A DNA stretch of 59,939 nt, the filler included, from Sphacelaria rigidula (Eukaryota), in NCBI GenBank assembly GCA_964200075.2. It is 8 parts of 8 records of this genome, joined end to end, with 100 filler letters (N's around TTAATTAATTAA, not from the genome) between each part and the next. Parts side by side here need not be neighbours in the genome. Positions count along the whole stretch, not along the records: positions 7,507 to 14,912 come from CAXNAA020015072.1; positions 15,013 to 22,417 come from CAXNAA020015073.1; positions 22,518 to 29,922 come from CAXNAA020015074.1; 5 more parts are not named here. One strand, 5' to 3'. The notes beneath the pieces were generated by a model. The model was not told where the DNA came from, did not search any database, and was given only the letters and a program-made list of their open reading frames with translations. Each line of letters begins with the position of its first letter. The first letter of the stretch is position 1. Positions 13,334-25,051 of the stretch are shown here, piece by piece. The position numbers and the translations under genes are program-made.

Positions 13334-13722
13334 GGGGGGGGGGGGGGGGCCCCCATTTGTTGCTTGCCTTAGTCATTTGACCATTGACCACGCATCCCTT
13401 TCGAGACGGAGCACTGGGGGGATTACGCGCCCGCAGCCAGCAAGCACGAAGTATACCGCAGCGAGGCAACACATAAGATCCAATGTAAGCAGTTAATGAG
13501 TCCTCGTCAGACAACTGTGATAGTTAAGCCCTTCTATAGGGAAACCCCCTCACGCTGCTGCTCCGTCTCGAAAGGGATGCGTGGTCAATGGTCAAACGAC
13601 TAAGGCAAGCAACAAATGAGTACGCCCCCCCCCCCTCACGCTGCTCCGTCTTGAAAGGGATGCGTGATCAATGATCAAACGACTACGGCAAGCAACGAAT
13701 GAGCACGCCCCCCCCCCCCCCC
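13334..13722. repeat. ~75-bp G/C-tract-flanked dispersed repeat: inverted copy 13334-13413, direct copies 13559-13635 and 13642-13722
   Basis: Core GCTCCGTCTCGAAAGGGATGCGTGGTCAATGGTCAAACGACTAAGGCAAGCAACAAATGAGTACG(C)n. Further copies at ~17885-17955, 37366-37427 and 46673-46740. Confidence 0.9.
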
Positions 13723-15756
13723 GGCCCACGTGCGCGTCCGCGCTTCATGAGCCTCCTTGTTCATCTTTGTGAAGAAGTATTTCAAAGATGTGAACTTTTT
13801 CGCCGTCCAGCGGTGATAATTGTGCGCATCGTTTTCACATATCTCTCGCGTATGTTGGGTTCCCGCGCCAACAAATCTCCGCAGAAGATTCTGTTTGTGA
13901 GTTTGTGAACTCTGCTCTCTCTCAATACTTGAACTGTTGACGTTTGTTTTTTTTTTTCAGAAAAGTAATCTATATCTACTGTATATTTTGTCTTCTGCTT
14001 GCTCCACAACGTTGAGTACTACATCACGCTCTATTTTTTTCAAGGCGTTCAACAGTAATGATTTCAGTACGGGCTGGGCCAGCCAACAAAACGTAGTTTT
14101 CTCGCTCAGGCGACGCACTGCGTAAAATTAGGAATTGAATGCTGAAATTTTGACAGCAGCTTATTATGATCGACATGCAGAACGTCACGAGAGCAGCATA
14201 GGAAAAAAAAAATAAGTTATGGGATATGAAATTTCAGCAAAAACAAGATAACGTCATAAGCCCAGAGAACAAACGAGAGCCTGCAGCTGCTCCCGCAATT
14301 TATCATTTCCTTGGGTGCAGAAGGTCTCCCTAAAATTTCAGCCCAAGAGTCGTCGACTTGGGCGGGGCATCATACTTTTCGTGTGACACAGCCGCACCCG
14401 CGTAATTCAAGTGATGGGAGACTCCATTTATAGAGGTCATGAGTTCGAATCCCAANNNNNNNNNNAATACCCGCGCTGGGAGGTTCTGTTTGTAGGGGTC
14501 ATGAGTTCGAATCCCAACATATCCTCTTTTTTTTTTTTTTCTTCCGTCGTTCAGGTTATATATCATGCAGTACATTACTTTCATTTTTTTTTCTTCATTC
14601 AGCGGTGGTGCCGTGTGTTACCAGGTTGGTCTGCACTTCACAGTGATATATGCTTACATCGGGTTCATTTGGGAAAATGGGAAAGTTATAGCGTGGACAA
14701 CGTTTGGCCGCTTTTAAGCTGGCCCAGCTCGTATGGACGCATACATTGTTGGATAATTTGGACGCACACACGGGTGGGGGGGAATACTCCACGGTTAGGA
14801 CGAATCATCACGGGTTAGAATCACTAAATGCACGATTTCTTCGATCTAATTGCCCGAAAGGGAGAAAAAAGTTGACCGCTGGTCCAAGGGGTATTCACGC
14901 AACTTTTGCGCCNNNNNNNNNNNNNNNNNNNNNNNNNNNNNNNNNNNNNNNNNNNNTTAATTAATTAANNNNNNNNNNNNNNNNNNNNNNNNNNNNNNNN
15001 NNNNNNNNNNNNTGATACGCACGAAAGACCCAGGGAGCCTCGCGACGGTATCCCCAAAATCTGTTGTAGAAGAGCTCAGATCACCCTCAAACTCGGCAGT
15101 TCCGTATTCTAAACAATATGTAATGTTTTCTCCGTTCACTACCGGCTTCCGGGGGTCCCAGCATGAAGACCCCCGGAAGGCGGTACAGAGTGCTCTAGAA
15201 GAAAAATAATTATATGATGCGTCCTGGGAGAGTCCAAGGAACACATGTAAAAATTTTGGTGGAGAAACTCGAAAACCTCATACAGTTCTTGCCTTGACGC
15301 CAAATTCACCCCAAAAGACGTTTCCATACTAAAACTAAGTAATAAGGAGTTGCACGTTTCAAGCCCACGTCCTCCACAAACGCGCAAACTTTCACGCTTT
15401 CATTGGGAGTTANNNNNNNNNNATTACGCAGCTTTCTACGGACGATGTTTTCTGTACTTCTCGAGTTTTCCACCGTTTTTCGGGGGTCCGACGGGATCGA
15501 AGTCGTTTTTCGAAGTAGTCTCCATTTTGGGAGCCGGAAAAAACGGCACTACGATATTTTTTTTCATTTTTTCGCCAACTATCTGCCTCTGCATAACCCA
15601 AGGATGAACTCCACAAATTTTCGTCGCAAAACTCGATCAACCGATGCTTGAATTTCCATGTTCACGTCAAAAAAGGTCCCAAAACGCCGTTTTGGTACTA
15701 AAATCAAGTAGTCCGCGGTTTCACCGCGGTACGGCAAACTTCATCGCTCAAAGGCC

Positions 15757-16040
15757 AAAAACTTCACGCCGTTTTAGGGAGTTAGACTCTGAATTTTTGC
15801 ACAACTGTGCTTTGGGACATTACGCAACTTTGCATGAACGGTGTTTTTTCTTCTTGTTTTGTTACCGTTTTACGGGGCTCCGATTGGGTCGAGGTTTCCC
15901 CCAAAAAACTGGGGCCCCCGAAAAACGGTGAAAAAAGTAAAAAAAATCGATAAACCCCGTTCCTGAGAAGTTGCGTAATGACCCATCAAACATTCGTGCA
16001 AAATTTCGGGGTCTAACTCCTTAAAACGGCGTGAAGTTTT
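15757..16040. mobile_element. Palindromic MITE-like element
   Basis: AAAACTTCACGCCGTTTTAGGGAGTTAGAC pairs with GTCTAACTCCTTAAAACGGCGTGAAGTTTT, and CATTACGCAACTT pairs with AAGTTGCGTAATG. A related arm lies at ~15380-15500. Confidence 0.7.
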
Positions 16041-16788
16041 GCCGATGAGTGTTTTTGGGTGTTAAGCGTGAACCAGCCTGCACTGCTACCTGTGGCATAT
16101 TATATCTGAAACTGTATCCTGCAAAGTGGAGCAACACACAGCAGTTGTAGTCGGCGTATAGTCCTCAGCAGCAACGGTTCTTGACAAGGGAAGGAGGGGG
16201 CGTGCAGTTCGATATTGACGTCTTCTGCCCATTCTGCGTAATGTCCTTTATCTATTTACAACAGTAGTGCCCCATCGAGTTATAACAACCCGTCAACCCC
16301 CCCCACACACACGCACCTTTGCAGGACAACACCCCCCCGCGCGCGCGTGCGCCCCCCAACCCTTTCCCAGTCCAAGTATTCGCAACCTCGGTGTTTGTTC
16401 CGGGACAAGCTTTGAGCCTGTGCACAGGTACTCGACAAAAGCTTCTTCAATAATGCGAATGTCATTATTCTGATGTAGTGTACAGTAGAACTGGAGGCTG
16501 AACATTTCAACATTTTAGGCTCATTAGAGGTATCTAAAACTTGGTTCCGGGTTTCCTGGTTCATTCGCTGGCTCTGGATTTTGTACTATTTTAAGTGAAG
16601 GTGATGACGATTCATGGGAGGACATGACCTGGCGGTGAAAGGGTCTCATCATCAGATGAATCGCCATCACTTTCACTCGAAGAAATGGAACAAAACAAAC
16701 CAGGAAACCGGGCACCGAGTTTGAGATACTGTACCTCTATAACTAGAGGTATCTCAAACTCGAGATTCCCGATATATTTATCGTTAAA

Positions 16789-16930
16789 TTGATTGATTGA
16801 TTGATTGTCGCACTTTAACTGACCCCCCAGGGGTCCAGCCGTGGTGTCATGATGGACGTACTCGAGAAAAACGGAACTCAAACACGCTCCAAGGAAAAAA
16901 AAGGGGGGAGGGTCGAACAGAACGACATAG
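16789..16930 (-). mobile_element. 3' end of a non-LTR retroelement with (CAAT)n tail; second copy at ~44210-44355
   Basis: GATTGATTGATTGTCGCACTT..A.TGACC...CAGCCGTGG...GACGTAC...GTCGAACAGAAC is shared between scaffolds 3 and 6. A simple-repeat tail is typical of LINE/SINE 3' ends. Confidence 0.6.
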
Positions 16931-18371
16931 CAGACTAAGTCCGACCTTTCTCGTACTTGTCCAAAAGTAAGCTTCGGAGACAACATCAAGCCGCTTCGTT
17001 TCCGGAGAAGTCTGAACGCAGAGTCCGCGAAGTCTGGAAAATTCTGAGATCTCCGAAGAAACGGTGTTGACAATAATGGGTATTCCCACGGGGTGTGCTG
17101 TCCCTGAAACAACCAACGCGCAAACAAACGTATATGCAGGCAAGGCATACGGCACCAGGATATTTTTCTTGTGCGATTTCGCGGAAGCTGAACCTATCGC
17201 ATGCGGCAGATCGCAGCTCTTTGGTTCCTGAGTTTTGGCTCTATTCTTGTTTGGCTTCGAGTGTCGAGGGTGATTATTAGTCTCTGCTTCCTGTACTCCA
17301 AATGGTCGCCTGCGGCACCGGGTCTCACGAGGTTGTACTACTCGTAGCAGTATTTCTTTTCATTTGCATGGCGTCTGTGTTCATACTTGTGCGCCCTACA
17401 AGCTGGGCCACCTAAGAAGCTCACTTTCCCTCGGCCCGTTCTAACTGACGATGTATCGCGAGTTGTTCCTACTATGACACATGGTGGTAATCGGAAAATC
17501 AGCGCGCGTCTTCAACTCCATGTAGCACTACGATCCGACAAGGTATCATCAAACGAAACACCAAACTGCAGTCAAGTGCGAAAGTGTAGAGAGTTGAGGG
17601 TACCATATGAAGTTTTCGATCGAAAGCTTGAAAATCCATCTGGACCCAACTACATCGAAACGATAAGAAATTCGCTCAAATCGATTCCACCGCCCCATTT
17701 TTTCGATCGAAAAAAAAAGTGCTGTTAAAATAAGACACGCCCTCATCCGCCCTTGCAAGTCTGCAAAACTTGTGAATCCTCGTTTGAACCCAAAGTGGCC
17801 GTTGTGGGCCGGAGTGCTTGGTTCCTTTTTCTCCGCTTTTTTTTTGTCTTGATGAGATAGGACCTTCTTCGATCGAAGAATTGGTGGGGGGGGGGGTGGG
17901 GGGGGGGCGTACTTATTTGTTGCCTGCCTTTGTTGTTTGATCATTGACCACCACATTGGGGCGGAAAAAATATGTTTCGTATGTATATGTTTATGTTTAT
18001 GTATATGTATATGTATATCTTACACGCCCACGCCATTTATGTTCTCAGATGACCTCAAGCCCTGTCTGTGATTATTCGCGCAACCGGCAGGGTGAAAAGC
18101 AGAGAAGCTCACCATCGGCTGTCTTCATGTGTGCAGAGAGCACAGACAAGCCGGTGCTGTCTATACTGTACCTGGCTCGCTTCCTTTTTACAACCTATCG
18201 TACGAAGCACATACACCCACTGCATCAGTATTGTTCATCATTTGGTCGATTATGACCTTCCCGGGATTTCATCACTTGATTTTAGTGTAAACACTAGAGC
18301 TCGGAAATGGTACCCGTTATAACTGGCCGTCATTATAATGGTAATAATATTATTATGAACTCTGCACAGGC

Positions 18372-18780
18372 ACCGTAGGTAAGGTAGGTACCCGGCACCG
18401 GTATTTGGGACATCTCATACCCTACCGATACCGGTCAGATCGGGTATTTTCAAATGTCATACCTACAATACCTACGATACCACGGTAGTTCGAGATGTCA
18501 ATACGTACCCGCTCGATCAGGTATTTTCAAAACCCATACCTACGATACCTACGATACCTACGATACCACGGTATTTCGAGTTTTCAATAGCTACCGTACC
18601 CGCTCATTCGGGTTTTTTCAAAACTGATACCTATGATACCACGGTATTTTGACATTCCAATACCTACCGTACCCGCTCAATCGGGTATTTTCAAAACTCA
18701 TACCTACGATACCCACCCACACCACCGTATGGGATACCCCAGGGAATACCGGGGGTATACCCGGTAAATACCGGACGCGA
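18372..18780. repeat. Repeat family built from ATACCTACG / GGGTATTTTCAAA subrepeats; second copy 19732-20057
   Basis: ~60-70-bp internal units (GGGTATTTTCAAA..CATACCTACGATACCACGGTATTT..TACCGTACCCGCTC). The start ACCGTAGGTAAGG is complementary to CCTTATCTACGGT at the end of the second copy, suggesting TIRs. Confidence 0.8.
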
Positions 18781-20611
18781 TGCACTCCCCACGGTGTAGC
18801 AGCTGGTCCCAACTTACGCAAAGGCCAGAAGTTGTCGGAGCAGGTACGGCTTGTTTTCACAAGTAATTTATACCCAGCTTCCCCCTCATCTTTGTGCTCG
18901 GCTCAGTTCGAACGAAGTTATCATTTCGTAGTCTGGAGTGCGGGCAATTTGTTTTCTCGATCTGATAGGTCCACCTCATTTCTGTGCTGAGAAGCCTTCA
19001 ACTCAAACTTGTAATTAATGGCGCGCGGAGAAAAACTAAACATACGGTTGAAAGGCACGAAGCAACACTTGACTCCCATCTTACAGTTCACAACGCCAGA
19101 TAGCACCCGTTCACAGAACCATGCTAACTCCATCCAACTCATTCTCAGCTACCACCGCGACCCTGCAGCATGGAGCACGAGTTGAGCCCCGGTATAGATA
19201 CCCTGCAGTAATTGGGTATGCTTTCTATATTATTTGTTGGCGAAAATTTGTGCATCTTCTTTCGTGGTAGGATCAGCGACGGAACTGCGGCGTACGGTGG
19301 GCAACAAAGTTGCGTACACGCTTGTGGACAGTGCAGGCAGTACACAGCTGCAAGTTAATGAAGTCCTTTTCACGCCGCATTGTGAGTAGAGAGGACTGAT
19401 AGTCCTGGGCCGTCTGCACTGCACGTTGCCCGCTTCTCTTTAAAATCCTACCGTACAAAGCACGCACACACAAACTCACTCAAGACAGTGCTTGCAAGCA
19501 ATGTAGTCGGTACAGACTGTCTGTACTGTACACGAATGACCATGTAACGTTTCACCAATTTCACTGTCTTTTTTCGATCGAAAGATTGAAATTGAAATTC
19601 ACGGACCCAACTCGACAAGGATGAGCAATTTCCCCTCAAATCAATTCCCCCGCCCCATTTTTTCGATCGAAGAAAAAGTGCTCAGACACGCCCTGAAACG
19701 CTCCTCAGCACTGTCGGATGACAGTTTTGAAACCGGTATAGAAGGTAAGGCAGGTACCCGGCACTGAAATTTGGGACGTTTCATACCTGCACATACCGAC
19801 CGATATCGACCAAATCGGGTATTTTCAAATGTCATACCTACGACACCTACGATACCACAGTATTTCGAGACACCAGTACCTACCGTTCCTGCCCAATTGG
19901 GTATTTTCAAATGCCATACCTACGATACCTACGACATCTACGAGGACGATACCACGGTATTTCGAGATACCAGTACCTACTGTACCCACGCACACCACGG
20001 TATGGGATACCACGGTAAATACCGGGGGGGCGCTCGGTACGGCACCTTATCTACGGTTCCTGTGAAATGTTGCGCGTGCGATCATGTTTCGGCTATCAGA
20101 ATGGAAAATGACCACGGCGCTTGTTTAAAATATGTATTTGATGTGAAAGCTATTGGGAAATATCCATCCTCAGTTTTTGCGTTGCGATGGGTGGACTTGA
20201 GCCGGAGCTTTTGGAGGAGGAAGCCATGGATAATGTCTGTAGTTGAAGGTCAGCATGATAATGCTAATTTCAACGTGTGTTGTCTTGAGAGGGGTGGTAA
20301 AAAACGTGACGGTAAATAAGGCGAAACGCTGAAACATGTGCAAGCTGTGCAAAAGTCAAAATGTCGAACTCTGCCCACTCCGAGAACCCACATGGCACCA
20401 ACTGCGACTGTTGTCACTATCATCAAAGATAGTCGGACAAGCCATACTCAAGCGTATCACACAGGTAGAGAGCGACTGGTGATTTTGCACTCTACGGACG
20501 GTGTGTTACCGACTGTACTACAGAGAGTTGTAAGAGCTGAGTTGTAACTACTTGTACAGGGCAAACTGTACCTGGTACCGCATTGCAATATCTCGGAACC
20601 AGACACCATAC

Positions 20612-20912
20612 CTATGCCCCCACCCACGATCACAACGCGCTCTCCCGCGCCTATAGCCGAGTCGCCCATAGCAATAGACACAAATCCCTCTTGTCGCACC
20701 CTAGAGTTTCTTGCCCGAGATACAGCAGCGGTTGTCTGTTGAAGGGTGATTTCTGGAGTACGCCGGTGCAGGTGGGACTGTTGTGGAGCAGGCGCGATGA
20801 ATGCTTGCGAGGAAGGGTAAACGGAGGAAAATCCTGAGGTGACGGCAATTAACTGGAGAATAAAATTGCTAATCAGGCGGCGGCTAGCCCTCGCGGGGTA
20901 GAGGTGGGGCAT
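20612..20912 (-). CDS. Exon 1 of a plastid-targeted FAD/NAD-binding oxidoreductase
   Basis: Hydrophobic signal-like stretch, then SQA-FIAP (ASAFAP-type cleavage motif), an S/T/R-rich transit peptide and the Rossmann start RVVIVGGGIG. Donor G|gtatgg at 20611. Downstream exons not identified. Confidence 0.75.
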
Positions 20913-21287
20913 TTATATGGCTGCGTGGGTGTGTGATTTCGCGCCGGTGTCGCTCTGCAACGCTCCACTCTATTCAACAGAACTTGTTAAGCGTCAGTAC
21001 TGTTGTGATCCAAAGCTGCAGGGGGAGTATGGTTCCATGATTATTGAAGATTTTCTAGCATCCTGTCATCTGAAATTTTGAAATTTTCATTTTTCCGATC
21101 GCAAACTTCAAACTTCGGAAATATTAGCATTTGACACCGTTTTCGATCCCCAAGCAGGAAAATATCGCACCACGTATCCTGAACGCTATGCTATCGAGAG
21201 GAGCCTACTTCCGCCTTTGCCGATTCGCTAAGTTCCTAGGCTCGGAAACAACCGGCCGCACTTGCCAACAATCCACCCGGACAGCAA

Positions 21288-21302
21288 GTTGTTGTCGTTG
21301 TT

Positions 21303-21340
<38 letters not shown>

Positions 21341-21348
21341 CGTCGTCG

Positions 21349-21402
<54 letters not shown>
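21288..21402. repeat. (GTT)n/(GTTGTC)n microsatellite
   Basis: Directly visible. Confidence 0.95.
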
Positions 21403-21403
<1 letters not shown>

Positions 21404-22517
21404 CTTCACATTGAAAACCGTTCCGATAGTTGCGCCGTACATTCGCACTAGGCATCTGATGCGGACGCCTTCCGTGGTCGCAGGCCATCAAAAAACCCAA
21501 AAAATAGAAAAAATGTAAAAAACAGGGCATTATCATTACACGTTGAGAAAGTTACACGCCAAAAGTCAAGCCAGGCTAGTACTGCGTGGTGTACCGTGCG
21601 AGCAGCCCTGATTTGTAGAGCTCGGGAATGGTACCAGTCATAACTGCCCGTCATCATTATTGGCATAAACTGCACCCAAGGCAACGTCGTGTACCCGCCG
21701 AGCATTTGAATTTTCACGCAACACAACGAAGCGAAGATTGCTGATACAACGGCGGTGTCAGGGAGGTCTTCTGATTGCGATGCCAAGCATTTCTACTTCG
21801 TGAATGGCCCTTCGTGATGGACATGGCAGTTGTGATGGATGTCCCACTTTGCTTGTTTGGGTGTACCGTATTGACTTTGGACTGGCCGTGACCAGGGTGA
21901 AGGTGGGCGTGGTTCTTTAAGGTTCCGCTATGCATTCTGAAGAGGCACAACGGTTTTCTCAGTGAAGAGGTGCAGCTAGACGGCACTCGGACGCTGAAGA
22001 AATCGCTCTCGAAATAATTCAGAGTGGAACGTGAACCGTTACCGGCTATTTTTCCTCCCACTCTGACTTCAAGACGGGAAGAAACGTTGTCCGAAACTCC
22101 ATATTGTTTTGTCCACGGTGTGTACGTCACGCTTTGAGCGCAGCGGGCCTCGCTTGGGTACAACATTTGGCCGGGAGGAGATATGCAACCATGAAAACGT
22201 TTGAAGGACGCATTCAATGCAGACAGTATATACCGTGCTGTTTGTAGTACCTGATACATACAGTAGTAGGGTGTACATGCGAGTTTGCGCAGAGTGCAGT
22301 ATTTTTCGCGGGCGGTGTCATGTGGCGCCCTTTCTGGTTTGCTTAGTTTAGGCAGCTGGCCAACGATACAAGCAAGTTGAATATTTTCTCTACCTTGGCG
22401 GAAAAATCAGCAGCATCNNNNNNNNNNNNNNNNNNNNNNNNNNNNNNNNNNNNNNNNNNNNTTAATTAATTAANNNNNNNNNNNNNNNNNNNNNNNNNNN
22501 NNNNNNNNNNNNNNNNN

Positions 22518-22605
22518 TGTACCCACAACATAGTCGCTCTCGACTGTTGAGCAAAGAGAAAAAAAAAATCCCAGATCGCTCCGAGAATTGGACCCCACAA
22601 CTCTA
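22518..22605 (-). mobile_element. SINE family A fragment at scaffold start
   Basis: TGTACCCACAACATAGTCGCTCTCGACTGTTG...CCCAGATCGCTCCGAGAATTG matches ~39793-39870. Confidence 0.75.
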
Positions 22606-23769
22606 CTACAGGATATCGTAGTATTCGTATCACAATGCTTTTTCGCGAGTGCTCAAACAATATTCGACGGGTTTCACCGAAGCTGCATTTGAATCTGCTA
22701 ACTGCTGGCGCAACCGTCAGCTTAGGTATGGAGGAGTACTGCCGGTAGAAGAGACGTCTCTCGAAGTCTCAACAAAAATATCTGACGTTGCTGGTACTGC
22801 ACGTGGCTCTATTGCATCGACGTTGTTGTAGATGGAGTCGAATTGCGCCGCATTTCCGTACTGCATCGCCCAGCACCAAAACAGAGTGGACGTCAATACG
22901 ATGATGACTTTTGACAGTCCCACATTGGCAATACAACAAACAGGAGACAGGTGGGTAGCCTGTCGTGATTCCTATGTCGCTAAAATATGTACATGTGCAA
23001 GAAGGGAGGTAGTTGCTGTCAAGTTCAGGTCTGTTGTGTACAGCACACCTGAACATCTTGTTGCTGGAGCCGACGGAGCGTTGTGATCAGCCTTGAGTTC
23101 GACGGTGAGAGTTTTGCTCTCGAGTTTGCATCGTTCTGGAGCATCGCGGATCGTCTCAGCCAAGATCATCCGCAGGCCCGCCGATCTGTGCAAACAAATG
23201 ATTTTGAGCTTTAGGCTGACCACGAGTAAGGATTACGGGGTGTGATGGAAAAGGAGTACTGTAACGGTTTCATCCCCCGTTGATTTAATCGGTCCCCGTC
23301 CCGTCCGCTCATCCACTCTTCAAATCTATCGACTTTGATGTATCCATTCATGACGTGCTCGTTTATTTCAAGAGTACAGTTGCGTTGGGGCTAGGATTGT
23401 TTATATTTCATAGCTGCAGAAAATGTGAGTACGGAGGCGACAAAACCACTCATGATTGAGTAGACCAGAGACAAAAGTCTCCTGGAAAACCCCCTTGCGA
23501 AATTTCACTCTCTTGCCCGAATAGTTTTCCCAACGCAAGCAACTTTGGGAGTATTTTTTCTGTTGAAACTTCCCCTGGCTTGTCTTGTCGACCATTGTTG
23601 CTCCGGCTTCAAAGCGTTATGTATCTCCTTTCGTATGTTTGAAACTGCTCTCACCAGGTGAGAGGAACTTTCGTCGGCTTCCTTCGGGTGTCATGAAAAA
23701 TGATTCCAGGTTTTTTTCGAACGTTTCTGGAAATGATAAGAGGGCGGAACGCTATTAATGAGAACTTAA

Positions 23770-23867
23770 CCCTTAGAGCACGAGGTTAGTCCATCTGGAC
23801 CATGCATACTTTTTTCAAGTGAAGTTGATGCCGATTCAACAGATGACCTACTCTCGTTGTCCAAGGG
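23770..23867. mobile_element. 98-bp piggyBac-like MITE
   Basis: TTAA at 23766-23769 and 23868-23871. Termini CCCTT...AAGGG with ~28-bp imperfect inverted repeats (CCCTTAGAGCACGAGGTTAGTCCATCTG / CAGATGACCTACTCTCGTTGTCCAAGGG). Confidence 0.7.
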
Positions 23868-25051
23868 TTAAGTGCCACCGTTTGTGATTCGGAAAATAAA
23901 TTCCGCTGCTGGAAACGTTCTACCTACGTAAAAGTGGGAAATTTCATACGTGAAAAACTCCCTGCCCGTAAGAATTGTCCAGGGGCTTGAAAACCCCCCC
24001 GCATAATGTTCTTCGAAGATAAGAGAGGCAAACAGCAAGTAATGATAGGATTTAGGATTTCACCCCCTTGACGCACTTTATGGATTCCTGGCTGATTTTT
24101 GGAGCTGACGAAACGCCATCTTCCATCATTTAGGGACAGTCTAGACAGCATTTTTTTATACATGTACCCACACTCATCTCGCAGCGCTGCAAACCGCCCC
24201 TCTGCTTACCCCCCCCCTTCACATGAGCCGGATCTCAGGATGACTGCACAGTAGTCTAGAACGATGGAGGAGCATCTACACACACAATACACGTACGCTA
24301 AGTCGCTAACTCAAAGCCCTATCCATGTAATCACACCCCGAGGCTTCTACTTCACACGTCTTACACGCTGCACCGCTGTTGAGTTCACTCCTCCGTCCCA
24401 GTTTTTCGCCTCACGATTCCCGTCACCATCTATAGTGGTCAAAACTAGTTAGAGTACAGTACTACAAAACGCGAGCAAAAGGTTTTCATCACGTTCGTAC
24501 AATAATATAGTCTCACAGGCAAGATACACCGGAGACTTAATGTTGCTGGTAATATTCGCCGTGTATTCAATCGCTCGTCGAAGCGCCATATCTAAGTAAT
24601 GATTTCAACCGATCAAGGTCGGCGATGAATGTATCCTCGGACAACACATATATCATCGATCATGTTCACCTACGCAGAGATTGGTCCACGGGATATTCCC
24701 GGTAATGCTGCTGAGTAAGTCGTAAGCTCATCACTCTGCGTGAAATATCGTGCTGTACCAGAACGATAACCCCCCGGGGAATTCACGACAATACCCGCCG
24801 CTGACGGATTTTGTTGAGCCTAGACTTTCTCCACCAGGGGTCGACCAAAGCTAAATCTCAACACGAGTCTCGACGACAAAGCGGCCGCATAGCCTTGGAG
24901 AACGCACCGAGGTGCTCTAGTGTTAAAAATCTGGATCTTGGCCTTGACGTTGAAAGGTTGAAAGCCGTCATCGGGACCTGTAGACCACTCTAGTAAAACC
25001 ACAACCAACCGCACACCTCTACATCATCCGCGTGAACGCTCTAACACGAAT

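Noticed and set aside
14957..15244. Exon 2 of the plastid oxidoreductase (ALCTAF...)
   Set aside because: The splice phase is incompatible with the phase-1 donor at 20611, and the phase-compatible frame hits a stop.
18372..18780. Regularly spaced repeats as a CRISPR array
   Set aside because: The intervening sequences are themselves repeats rather than unique spacers.
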